Source of the DNA: Acidimicrobiia bacterium
Lineage (GTDB): Bacteria; Actinomycetota; Acidimicrobiia; Acidimicrobiales; JANYDT01
NCBI GenBank assembly: GCA_043720595.1
Contig: JAYSSK010000057.1
Location: 65,381 to 129,380 of the forward strand
DNA length: 64,000 nucleotides
Direction of reading: 5' to 3'
The translations under genes were made by a program, and so were the position numbers. This document shows, piece by piece, positions 44,318 through 53,536 of the stretch (the stretch's first letter is position 1; the number at the start of each line of letters is the position of its first letter). The notes under the pieces were generated by a model. That model searched no databases. It was not told the DNA's origin and worked only from the letters and a program-made list of their open reading frames with translations.

Positions 44318-44517
44318 GGCCTGCCTGCAGCCTCTCAAAGAAGATCGACGATCGTACCGCCCCTTCGGTTCCGTTCGAGTACGGACGAAGCTCGCTCCCA
44401 TCTTCGTCGGCGGGAACGGGTCGGGACTTGAGGGTGGGCAACAGTCCAGCAATCCACACACTGGTAAGTCTGGGAGGACGATGTTTCGCACAAGAACCAG
44501 CGGTACGGTTCAAACGT

Positions 44518-45171
44518 ATGCATCTCGAACGTGTGATCAAGGCTCGACGCATGTGCAGGTCGTTCACGACCGAGCCGTTGATCGAAGGGCAGCTGGATCG
44601 GTTCCTGGACATGGCCCGGCGGGTGCCGTCAGCAGGCTTCACCCAAGGGTTCCACTTTTTGGTCCTGGAAGGTGAGGCCCAAACCCAGCGATTCTGGGAC
44701 GTCACGCTGCCCGCGATTGAGCGTGCGACCTTTCCTTACCCAGGGCTGCTGAATGCTCCCGTGTTGGTGCTTCCTCTTGCAGACAGTGCGGCGTACATCG
44801 ACCGGTATTCCGAGCCAGATAAGGCTCGCACTGGTTTGGGTGAAGGTGTCGAGAAGTGGCCGGTCCCGTTCTGGTGGAGCGACACCGCGATGGCAGTTCA
44901 GAACCTGTTGTTGGCATGCACCGACGCCGGCCTGGGTGCGCTGTACTTCGGGATCTTCCGCAACGAAGCCCGGCTGATGGCCGACCTTGGGGTCCCAGAA
45001 GGGATCCGTCCGCTCGGAGCGGTCGCTATCGGGCACCCAGCCGAAGGGGCGCTCGACTCGACCGTCGGCTCACCTGGACGGCGGCCGCGCCGCTCGTTGG
45101 CAGACATGGTCCACCGCAACGGATGGGACCCCGCGCTACGTCAGCGAAACGCTGCCCAAACCCCGGCGTGA
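44518..45171 (+). CDS. nitroreductase family protein
   Basis: MHLERVIKARRMCRSFTTEPL...ARRVPSAGFTQG. Confidence 0.85.
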   Translation: MHLERVIKARRMCRSFTTEPLIEGQLDRFLDMARRVPSAGFTQGFHFLVLEGEAQTQRFWDVTLPAIERATFPYPGLLNAPVLVLPLADSAAYIDRYSEPDKARTGLGEGVEKWPVPFWWSDTAMAVQNLLLACTDAGLGALYFGIFRNEARLMADLGVPEGIRPLGAVAIGHPAEGALDSTVGSPGRRPRRSLADMVHRNGWDPALRQRNAAQTPA

Positions 45172-45959
45172 TCCGACGGCATCACACCATCGACTGGTTC
45201 GGTGCCGATGAGCCGAGTCTTCACAGGAGTACCTTGCCCGGATCGGCGGGGCCACGACGTGAGGATGTAATCCAGTCGACGGTTCGGCCACAGAGCTTCG
45301 GTGAGCAGCGGGTTATCGGCGCGCCAGGTCCATCCCGGATCACCGGTTGGGGTCCCGGCGATGTCCCATGCATCGGTGAGCACCATGCCAGGGCAGTACG
45401 GCGGCCGGCGGCCGCTGAGGGCGCGGATCTCGTCGCTGTCGGGAACGGCGTTGAGATCTCCTGCCAGAACGATTGGAAAATCCGTGTCTGAGTTTCGATC
45501 GATACGGCTCATCAGCGCGCAGATCATTTTCAGTTGTTTCTCGCGAAGCTCGGAATTGTCGAAGCGCTGATCGAGGTGCGTCGAAAACACGTGGATGGCG
45601 CCGCGGGGAGAATCGATTTCCGCATGGATGACATGGCGATGCGATGGCCGTGCATCGGTGCCGGGAAGCGCATGGCTCTCAGACCGGATGATGGGCCACT
45701 TGCTCAGCACAGCGTTGGCGAAGGACAGCCCGTCTCGCTGAGCCGTATCATGGCGTGCAACGTGCATGCCAAGGCGTTCGCCAAGCCACGCAGCTTGATC
45801 ACGCTGGTCTTGTTTCGCCCACACCTCTTGTAGACACACAATGTCGGCGTTGGCTTCGGCCAGCACTGCCGCAATGGGCTCTTGCCGTGTGCGGTAGTCC
45901 CCGAAACGCCACCACAGGTTCCACGTGAGAACGGTAACCTCTGGTACGGGCGGGACCAT
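45141..45959 (-). CDS. endonuclease/exonuclease/phosphatase (EEP) family protein
   Basis: VLTWNLW, DIVCLQEV, GDLN and SDHAGV. Confidence 0.9.
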   Translation of the reverse strand: MVPPVPEVTVLTWNLWWRFGDYRTRQEPIAAVLAEANADIVCLQEVWAKQDQRDQAAWLGERLGMHVARHDTAQRDGLSFANAVLSKWPIIRSESHALPGTDARPSHRHVIHAEIDSPRGAIHVFSTHLDQRFDNSELREKQLKMICALMSRIDRNSDTDFPIVLAGDLNAVPDSDEIRALSGRRPPYCPGMVLTDAWDIAGTPTGDPGWTWRADNPLLTEALWPNRRLDYILTSWPRRSGQGTPVKTRLIGTEPVDGVMPSDHAGVWAAFR

Positions 45960-45968
45960 CAGGTGACC

Positions 45969-47252
45969 CTATCGGAAGACCCCAGCTGCGAACCGTTCGA
46001 CTCGGCCCATCGCCCGGTCCATGAGTGCGCCTACGTTTCCGAGTCGGTGGCGTCCGTTGTTCACGAGCAACTGGCCACCAACGGCAACATGGGTGATGTC
46101 GCTGCTTTTTGCATACCGCAACACCTGATCCATTGCGTCCTGGGCCGGGGTGCAACCGATTCTGGACGTATCAACGGTCACGATGTCGGCCAACTGTCCG
46201 CTGGCGATCAGGCCACTGTCGCGCCATCCGAGGGTGCTTGCGGCGTCGGCGGTGACGGTGCGCATCAGTTCGCTTGCCCGAAGCGGCGGGCACGCAGGGT
46301 CGTCCTTCGCCAAACGTTCAAGTAGACGCATGGCACCGAACGAATCGACAGGAACGACGGAGCTTTGCGCAAGTGCCAAACGGCCACCCGCAGTTCGGAA
46401 TGCACCGATTGGGAAGCTGTCCATGTGTGAACCAGACACGGCAATCAGGCTGCCCCGATGCTGTGCGACGGTTGCGAGAGCCTCGGCGGTGACACCGCGG
46501 GTGCCGACGGCGGCAAACCCGCCGCGGTTTGTTGTGACGCTTGCCTTGATCAATTGATCTAGCGGTGCAGCGCCATCAACCATGGGTGTTTCGAGCAGGG
46601 CGTGAACTGGCAGACCACACTGACCTGACCAGATGGCGACGTCGGCGAGGCCGCGCATTCCCAGCCCTGTCTGGTCGCCCAGTCCACCGATCATCCGAAC
46701 GGACGTCGACCTGCCGAGGCGCTCAGTCCACGGGTCGACTCGTTGCATCCATTCGTGCACAGAGTTCTCACGTGTTCGTGCTGGCCCATTCAACGCGCAG
46801 ATGTCGATGATCGCTAGGCGAACCCCAGCGGTCTGAGCCGCGTGCACCAGCGCGTCGGCCACAATGTTCGGGTTCGCAAACGGGGCACCGTCTCGTTCGC
46901 GATGCAGGGAAACCACTTCGCCGACCGTCGTGATGCCAGCGAGACTCAACTCTGCGTACACAGCGGTGGCCAATTCGCAAAGGTCCTCGGGCGATACGCC
47001 GTTCTGCACGCTGGCAACTGTCGCTGCGACCGAGTGTTCAAGCTGGCCGCGTGCGGCGCGCTCGAAGGTGCGGTGATGCGGGTTGACCATGCCCGGCATC
47101 GTCAAGCCTGGCAATGCCGGGATGCCCGGCGGCGGGGTTGGGAATCCAGTCTCGACGCGACTGAAGCGCTCGTTCTCAATTTCCAGCAGGACGCCGTCAC
47201 TTGCAGACGGGCCGCCCAGCCAGGCGTGTTGGCACCAGACGCGGAAGGTCAC
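45969..47252 (-). CDS. amidohydrolase-superfamily protein (formimidoylglutamate-deiminase/guanine-deaminase-like)
   Basis: WCQHAWLGG...LPGLTMPGMVNPHHRTFERAARG. GTG 47252 was chosen because the longer ORF overlaps serC. Confidence 0.7.
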   Translation of the reverse strand: MTFRVWCQHAWLGGPSASDGVLLEIENERFSRVETGFPTPPPGIPALPGLTMPGMVNPHHRTFERAARGQLEHSVAATVASVQNGVSPEDLCELATAVYAELSLAGITTVGEVVSLHRERDGAPFANPNIVADALVHAAQTAGVRLAIIDICALNGPARTRENSVHEWMQRVDPWTERLGRSTSVRMIGGLGDQTGLGMRGLADVAIWSGQCGLPVHALLETPMVDGAAPLDQLIKASVTTNRGGFAAVGTRGVTAEALATVAQHRGSLIAVSGSHMDSFPIGAFRTAGGRLALAQSSVVPVDSFGAMRLLERLAKDDPACPPLRASELMRTVTADAASTLGWRDSGLIASGQLADIVTVDTSRIGCTPAQDAMDQVLRYAKSSDITHVAVGGQLLVNNGRHRLGNVGALMDRAMGRVERFAAGVFR

Positions 47253-47334
47253 AACGGCTGCATCGACATGTTTGCACCACTCCTTGAGCGCCGGCACCAA
47301 CGCCCCGGGTTGGCCGGCGGGTTGGCTGGCGGGA

Positions 47335-48465
47335 TTAGGCGAGTGCGCCGACCACGTAGTCGATGCAGGCAGTGAGCTGCTGTACGTCGGACGGTTCAAC
47401 CGCCGGGAACATCGCCATGCGGAGTTGGTTGCGGCCGAGTTTGCGGTAGCTGTCGGTGTCGAGGATGCCGTTGGAGCGCAGGACCGCGCTGACAGTGGTG
47501 GCCTCGACTGCATCGAGGTCAATGGTGGCAACCACGTTCGAGCGGTCTGCCGGGCTGGTCACGAACGGTCTCGCAAAGGGCGACGCCTCGGCCCAGGAGT
47601 ACATGATGTCGGCGCTGGATGCGCATCGTGCAGCCGCCCAAGTCAGGCCGCCTTGGTCATTCATCCAGTCCAATTGATTGACCATCATGAACACCGTTGC
47701 AAGCGCAGGCGTGTTGTACGTCTGCTGTTTCCGGCTGTTGTCCATCGCGGTCCACAGGTCGAGCGACGCGGGGATCCATCGCTTCGATGCGTGGATGCGT
47801 TCGACTCGTTCGACCGCGGCGGGGGACAGCACAGCGATCCACAGTCCACCGTCGGAAGCGAAGCACTTCTGCGGAGCGAAGTAGTAGCAGTCGGCCTGAG
47901 TCGGGTCGAGGGCCAGACCGCCCGCTGCGGAGGTCGCGTCAACAGTAACCAGTTGGTTGGCGGCGGCAGAGGTACCAGCAGGGCGCTGGATGGTGACTGC
48001 GACGCCCGTCGAAGTTTCATTGTGCACCAAACAGTAAGTGTCGATACCTTCTTCGAAGAGTGCCGATGCACTGGTTCCGACTGGCGCCTCGATCACCGAA
48101 GCTCGCGTCAGATGCGGAGCAGCCGCGGCGGCCTCTGCGAACTTCGAGGAGAACTCGCCGAACACTGTGTGCTGGGATGCCTGCTCGATGAGGCCGAACG
48201 TGGCAACGTCCCAGAAGCACGTCGACCCACCGTTGCCGAGGGCAACTTCGTACCCGTCGGGCAGGCCGAAGAACTGGCGGACTCCGTCTTGCAGACGCCC
48301 CACCATGTTCTTGACCGTGGACTGCCGGTGGCTTGTTCCCATGTACGACGAACCGATTTCGGCCAGCGATGCGATGGCCTCTGGGCGGACTTTCGACGGA
48401 CCGCATCCGAAGCGCCCATCGGCAGGGAGCAGGTCGGCGGGGATGGTGATTTCTGGAACGGGCAT
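47335..48465 (-). CDS. serC: phosphoserine aminotransferase (actinobacterial type)
   Basis: IPADLLPADGRFGCGPSKVRPE..., GNGGST.FWD and APQKCFASDGGLW. Confidence 0.9.
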   Translation of the reverse strand: MPVPEITIPADLLPADGRFGCGPSKVRPEAIASLAEIGSSYMGTSHRQSTVKNMVGRLQDGVRQFFGLPDGYEVALGNGGSTCFWDVATFGLIEQASQHTVFGEFSSKFAEAAAAAPHLTRASVIEAPVGTSASALFEEGIDTYCLVHNETSTGVAVTIQRPAGTSAAANQLVTVDATSAAGGLALDPTQADCYYFAPQKCFASDGGLWIAVLSPAAVERVERIHASKRWIPASLDLWTAMDNSRKQQTYNTPALATVFMMVNQLDWMNDQGGLTWAAARCASSADIMYSWAEASPFARPFVTSPADRSNVVATIDLDAVEATTVSAVLRSNGILDTDSYRKLGRNQLRMAMFPAVEPSDVQQLTACIDYVVGALA

Positions 48466-48474
48466 CGGTAGAGG

Positions 48475-49098
48475 CTATGAGCTGCGAACAGCCTTCCAAA
48501 CACGAATTCCCCTCGGCGACAGGCGATAGCCGACAGTGAGGCTCTCTGTGAGGCCCATTTCCTTGAGCTTGCGGACGTCGTTCTTGAACCGCATAGTCTC
48601 GCGTCCCTGCATTTCTGCCAACTCTGGAGCGCGGCGTCCAGGCCAGTCGTTGATGAGCTGCAACGTGCTTCGAGTCCATGGGCCGAACGACGACCGCGCA
48701 TCGAATCCATCGAGGCGTGCGCGGATCTTGGTGAGTTCGTCGGTTGAGAGAGCTTCGTCTGAACGGAGCGCGATCCGCGTGTCTTGACCGGAATACGCGA
48801 CCCCGACTCGGTACACGTGGCGTTCACCATCGCTGCGGGCGACCCGGCCGCGGCCGTTGTTTTGTCGTTCTCTGAATAGCTCGTCAACGAGCGCGGCGGC
48901 TGATTCGAAGCCGGCGTTCCGCGCGTCCGTGTCGGCAATGGACGCTGGTTCGACCACATCGACCGTCGTGATGGCCAGTTCGCCAATCACCGTTCGAAGC
49001 CGGCCGCCGGCCTTCACCGTGGGTTTGGTCCACCGTCGAAACACGAGGGAGACGTTCCCAGCGACGATCTCGTCAAGCACGGGACGGGTCAGCAGCAT
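48475..49098 (-). CDS. hypothetical protein (ASCH/PUA-like N-domain?)
   Basis: ORF with ATG 49098. LVFRRWTKPTVKAGGRL...ITTV resembles ASCH-type beta barrels. The assignment is weak. Confidence 0.45.
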   Translation of the reverse strand: MLLTRPVLDEIVAGNVSLVFRRWTKPTVKAGGRLRTVIGELAITTVDVVEPASIADTDARNAGFESAAALVDELFRERQNNGRGRVARSDGERHVYRVGVAYSGQDTRIALRSDEALSTDELTKIRARLDGFDARSSFGPWTRSTLQLINDWPGRRAPELAEMQGRETMRFKNDVRKLKEMGLTESLTVGYRLSPRGIRVWKAVRSS

Positions 49099-49164
49099 GA
49101 GCCATGTTCTAGCACCGGGGTTGTCTTGACAAACTGTCTGCCGACTGGCCTCTAGCCTTGCCTG

Positions 49165-50736
49165 ATGGCACGCATCCTGGTCACCGAGTCCATCGCCGAG
49201 GGAGGGCTTGAACGCCTTCGCAAGGCCGGTCACACGGTGGATGTGCGCGAGGGTTTGTCTTCCGAGGAACTACTGAAGGTGGTGCCCGGAGCGCACGCCC
49301 TCATCATCCGTTCCGCAACCAAGGTCACAGCCGAGGTGCTCGACGCAGGCTCTGATCTGGTGGTGGTCGGTCGGGCAGGCATCGGACTCGACAACGTCGA
49401 CGTGACACATGCCACCGAGAAGGGTGTGATGGTTGTCAACGCACCGCAGTCCAACGTCATCTCGGCTGCCGAGCAGGCCATGGGTCTGCTCCTCGCCTCG
49501 GCGCGCAACATCCCGCAGGCCCACGCCGCTTTGGTGAACGGCAAGTGGGAGCGCGGCAAGTGGGAGGGTGTCGAGCTGTTTGGCAAGACGGTCGGCATCG
49601 TCGGCCTAGGCCGGGTTGGTGCGTTGGTCGCCGCTCGCTGCGCGGCGTTTGGCATGCACGTCATTGCGTTCGATCCGTTTGTGTCCGCCGACCGTGCTCG
49701 AACGATGGGCGTTGAACTGCTCGACTTGGTCGAAGTCATGAAGCGGTCAGACTTTCTTTCGGTTCACCTGCCGAAGACAAAAGAAACCAACGGGCTCATC
49801 AACGCAGAGATGCTCCGCAATGCCAAGCCAGATCTCCGCATCATCAACACCGCGCGCGGCGGTATTGTCAACGAAGACGACCTGTACCAGGCCGTGAAGA
49901 ACGGCACCATCGCCGGTGCTGGGCTCGACGTGTTCGTGGAAGAACCCACCACAACTTCGCCGCTGTTCACGTTGCCGCAGGTCGTGGTGACTCCGCACCT
50001 GGGCGCGTCAACGAGGGAAGCACAGGACAAGGCTGGCGACACCATCGCCGACATGGTGCTGCTGGCAATGGCAGGCGAGTTCGTTCCGTTCGCGGTGAAT
50101 GTGAGCGCATCGGAAGCGTCAGAGACGGTCCGCCCTTTCTTGCCGCTCGCAGAGCGGATGGGCCGTGTGATCGCAGGTTTGTGCGGCAACGTGCCTTCAT
50201 CGCTCGAAGTCGCTGTCGAGGGCGAAATTGCCGAGTACGACACTCGCATCATCAAGCTTGCCGTGCTCAAGGGTCTGCTCGCCCCTTACGCCGATCAGCC
50301 CGTCACCTATGTCAACGCGCCTGGTCTCGCCCAGGCCGCTGGGTGCACCGTCAGCACCACACAGTCCACGGTGGCCCGTGACTACCGCAACATGCTCACG
50401 CTGCGGTCGTCGTGTGGTCACTCTGTGTCAGGAACGCTTGCCGGCCTGCGCAAGGAACCACGCCTGGTCGACATCGACGCGCACGACGTCGAAGTACCGC
50501 CGTCCGCGCATCTGTGCGTCATCCGCAACGACGATCGCCCGGGCATGATCGGCGTCGTCGGCACCACGCTTGCGGCGTTCAATATCAACATCGCCAACAT
50601 GGCTCTCGGCCGTGACGAGCACGGTGGGTCGGCGCTCATGGCCATTGCCACCGACGAAGCACTGCCTGCCGAAGCGGTCCGCAAGCTGGAGGCCGCTCCC
50701 GGCATCACCGGTGTGCACCTGATTTCAGAGAACTAG
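49165..50736 (+). CDS. serA: D-3-phosphoglycerate dehydrogenase (long form with ASB and ACT domains)
   Basis: NAD motif GIVGLGRVGALVA, catalytic region TPHLGAST.EAQ and a C-terminal ACT domain. Confidence 0.95.
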   Translation: MARILVTESIAEGGLERLRKAGHTVDVREGLSSEELLKVVPGAHALIIRSATKVTAEVLDAGSDLVVVGRAGIGLDNVDVTHATEKGVMVVNAPQSNVISAAEQAMGLLLASARNIPQAHAALVNGKWERGKWEGVELFGKTVGIVGLGRVGALVAARCAAFGMHVIAFDPFVSADRARTMGVELLDLVEVMKRSDFLSVHLPKTKETNGLINAEMLRNAKPDLRIINTARGGIVNEDDLYQAVKNGTIAGAGLDVFVEEPTTTSPLFTLPQVVVTPHLGASTREAQDKAGDTIADMVLLAMAGEFVPFAVNVSASEASETVRPFLPLAERMGRVIAGLCGNVPSSLEVAVEGEIAEYDTRIIKLAVLKGLLAPYADQPVTYVNAPGLAQAAGCTVSTTQSTVARDYRNMLTLRSSCGHSVSGTLAGLRKEPRLVDIDAHDVEVPPSAHLCVIRNDDRPGMIGVVGTTLAAFNINIANMALGRDEHGGSALMAIATDEALPAEAVRKLEAAPGITGVHLISEN

Positions 50737-50742
50737 ACCGAC

Positions 50743-51342
50743 TCAGGTTGCAGTGATGCGCGGCGCCCATCCAGGGCGTGTGGTCTCGTACTCGGCCACG
50801 GCGTCAGCGTGGCGAAGTGTGAGGCCGATGTCATCGAAGCCGTTGATGAGCCGGTACACGGTGAAGTCGTCAAGTGCGAATGATTCCTCGAACCCAATCG
50901 CAGGCGCGCTTATGATTCGGCGTTCCACGTCAATGGTGATCTCAAGCGTGGGATCTGCGGTGATGGCGTCGAGCAGCGAACGGCCGCCCTCGGCGGTTAC
51001 CTGCACGGGGACCACGCCGACCTTGGTGCAGTTGTTGCGGAAGATGTCGCCGAAGCGCGGGGACACGACGGCCTTGAAGCCGTAGTCCTCGATAGCCCAC
51101 ACGGCGTGCTCTCGTGATGACCCGGTGCCGAAGTTGGGTCCGGCCACCAAGATGCAGGCCCCGGCGTACTGCTCTTGGTTGAGGACGAAGTCACGATCGT
51201 CTCGCCACTCGGAGAACAATCCACGGCCATAGCCGGTGCGCTCGATGCGCTTCAGCCAGTCCGAAGGGATGATCTGATCGGTGTCGACGTCTGAGCGGTC
51301 GAGTGGAACGGCGGTGCCGGTGATGACCTGAACGGGCTGCAT
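50743..51342 (-). CDS. leuD: 3-isopropylmalate dehydratase small subunit
   Basis: DVDTDQIIPSDWLK and GPNFGTGSSREHAVWA. Confidence 0.95.
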   Translation of the reverse strand: MQPVQVITGTAVPLDRSDVDTDQIIPSDWLKRIERTGYGRGLFSEWRDDRDFVLNQEQYAGACILVAGPNFGTGSSREHAVWAIEDYGFKAVVSPRFGDIFRNNCTKVGVVPVQVTAEGGRSLLDAITADPTLEITIDVERRIISAPAIGFEESFALDDFTVYRLINGFDDIGLTLRHADAVAEYETTRPGWAPRITAT

Positions 51343-51375
51343 GATGATCCTCTGTGTTCCTGTACTCGTTGAGAC

Positions 51376-52791
51376 TCAGAGGTCTGCGGGGGCGGCGAAA
51401 CGTCCGACGATGGCACTCGCTGCGGCAACCTCGGGGGACACAAGATGTGTTCGCCCGCCCCGGCCCTGTCGTCCTTCGAAGTTGCGGTTGCTGGTCGAAG
51501 CGCTGCGCTGACCAGGGGTGAGCGTGTCTGGGTTCATTCCCAGGCACATGGAACAGCCTGGTTCTCGCCATTCCATTCCCGCAGCCGTGAACACCGCCGG
51601 CAGCCCTTCTGCCTCTGCTTGCGCCTTGACGGCCGTGCTGCCCGGCACGACGAGCGCGCGCACGCCGGCCGCAACCGTACGTCCACGTACGACATCGGCT
51701 GCGGCGCGAAGGTCTTCGATGCGAGAGTTGGTGCACGAACCGATGAACACGACGTCGACCGGCACGTCACGCATGAGCGTGCCGGCGGTGAGGGCCATGT
51801 ACTCCAGCGCACGTTCTGCAGCATTGCGTTCGACCGGATCGCTAAAGGAACTCGGGTCGGGCACTGAGCCTGCCAATGGGATGGTTTGGCCGGGATTGGT
51901 ACCCCATGAGACTTGCGGGCTGAGGGTTGCAGCGTCGATGCGAACGACCTTGTCGAAGATGGCATCGTCGTCGGTGATGAGCGTCTTCCAATCGGCAACG
52001 GCTGCGTCCCAGTCGACACCGCTGGGGGCGTAGGGGCGGCCCTTCGCGTATTCGAACGTCTTGTCGTCCGGCGCGACCAGGCCAGCTTTGGCGCCGCCTT
52101 CGATGCTCATGTTGCAGACCGTCATGCGGCCTTCCATCGAGAGACTGCGGATGGCCGACCCGCGATATTCAATGACATACCCCATGCCCCCACCGGTGCC
52201 GATTGCAGCGATGATTGCAAGCACCACGTCCTTGGCACTCACGCCTGGCGGAAGCTCGCCTTCCACCTCGACTGCCATCGTCTTTGGTCGTTGCTGCGGG
52301 AGCGTTTGAGTGGCGAGGACGTGCTCGACTTCCGAGGTGCCGATGCCGAATGCGAGCGCTCCGAATGCGCCGTGCGTCGAGGTGTGCGAATCACCGCACA
52401 CGATGGTCATACCCGGCAACGTGATGCCCAGCTCTGGCCCGATGACGTGCACAATACCCTGACGTTCATGACCCATCGGGAACAGGGCGATGCCGAACTC
52501 GGCACAGTTGACAGCGAGCGCTTCCATCTGTTGGCGGCTCACGATGTCGGTCACCAAGTCGGTGTTGTGCATTCCAAGGCCCGGGATGTCGGTCGGTACG
52601 TTGTGATCCATGGTGGCAACAGTGAGGTCGGGCCGACGGACGGGGCGATTCGCGATCCGCAAACCATCGAACGCCTGCGGCGAGGTGACTTCGTGTACGA
52701 GGTGCATGTCGATGAAAAGCAGGTCGGGCTCGCCCACTGCGCTGCGCACCACGTGCCGGTCCCACAGCTTCTCGCTCAGTGTCTTGCCCAC
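51376..52791 (-). CDS. leuC: 3-isopropylmalate dehydratase large subunit
   Basis: [32 protein letters not shown] and CSMCLGMN. Confidence 0.95.
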   Translation of the reverse strand: MGKTLSEKLWDRHVVRSAVGEPDLLFIDMHLVHEVTSPQAFDGLRIANRPVRRPDLTVATMDHNVPTDIPGLGMHNTDLVTDIVSRQQMEALAVNCAEFGIALFPMGHERQGIVHVIGPELGITLPGMTIVCGDSHTSTHGAFGALAFGIGTSEVEHVLATQTLPQQRPKTMAVEVEGELPPGVSAKDVVLAIIAAIGTGGGMGYVIEYRGSAIRSLSMEGRMTVCNMSIEGGAKAGLVAPDDKTFEYAKGRPYAPSGVDWDAAVADWKTLITDDDAIFDKVVRIDAATLSPQVSWGTNPGQTIPLAGSVPDPSSFSDPVERNAAERALEYMALTAGTLMRDVPVDVVFIGSCTNSRIEDLRAAADVVRGRTVAAGVRALVVPGSTAVKAQAEAEGLPAVFTAAGMEWREPGCSMCLGMNPDTLTPGQRSASTSNRNFEGRQGRGGRTHLVSPEVAAASAIVGRFAAPADL

Positions 52792-52855
52792 TCTGGTCTC
52801 CTTGTGAAGTCGACAGACTCCGGTGCTGTCTCACATGGTGAGATACAGTGTCCAC

Positions 52856-53536
52856 GTGTCAAGAGATCGTATCAGCGAGGTTGGGGTACTTGACAAGGCT
52901 GTTGTGCTGCTCGACGCGCTCGCCAGACCCGAGGGACCCTTCACCTTGGTCGAACTCGTCACTCGTACTGGCATTCATCGCGCAACAGCGCATCGGCTAC
53001 TTCGTGCGCTCCAGGTTCATGGGTTCGCGCAGATCGACGAGCTGACACGATGGTCGCTCGGATCACGTTTGGATTACCTGGGGCGCCGTGCCGCTTCGGG
53101 TCTCCCTTTGCGTGACGCAGCCATCCCCACGCTCACGGCTTTGCGAGACGCCACCGGCGAAAGCGTACAAATGTACGTCCGCCAAGGCGAGGCGCGCGTC
53201 TGTATCGTCGGACTCGAATCACCTCACGGATTGCGCACCATTGTCGAAGTGGGCGCAGTCCTGCCGCTAGGTCAGGGTTCTGCAGGTCACGTCCTGCAGG
53301 GCGAAGCACCCGGCACCAAGGGCTGGATCTCCAGCGTTGCCGAGCGCGAAGCAGGTGTCGCGTCAGTCAGTGCTCCGGTGCGCGATTCGCAAGGTGTGGT
53401 GCGCGCTTCGGTATCGGTGTCTGGCCCGATCGAACGGATCGGCCGCAATCCGGGCCTGGTGTACGGAGCCGATGTGGCCGCCGCAGCACGGTCTATCGAG
53501 ACGGCAGCCGGATGGTCGACGTCGCCGACGGAATGA
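52856..53536 (+). CDS. IclR family transcriptional regulator divergent from leuCD (LtbR-like arrangement)
   Basis: VLDKAVVLLDALA...LVELVTRTGIHRATAHRLLRAL. The C-terminal effector domain contains GVASVSAPV. GTG 52856 was preferred over GTG 52823. Confidence 0.85.
   Translation: MSRDRISEVGVLDKAVVLLDALARPEGPFTLVELVTRTGIHRATAHRLLRALQVHGFAQIDELTRWSLGSRLDYLGRRAASGLPLRDAAIPTLTALRDATGESVQMYVRQGEARVCIVGLESPHGLRTIVEVGAVLPLGQGSAGHVLQGEAPGTKGWISSVAEREAGVASVSAPVRDSQGVVRASVSVSGPIERIGRNPGLVYGADVAAAARSIETAAGWSTSPTE

Noticed and set aside
44481-44675. ATG at 44481 with a near-perfect SD (GGGAGGA) in the divergent control region
   Set aside because: It is out of frame with the nitroreductase. Its translation (MFRTRTSGTVQTYASRT...) is low-complexity and overlaps the nitroreductase coding sequence. 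It is probably a fortuitous SD-like sequence.
47083-48471. 462-aa plus-strand ORF. The 292-aa minus-strand ORF at 48108-48986 was rejected with it.
   Set aside because: Both overlap serC, antisense or out of frame, and lack motifs. SerC matches its family end to end.
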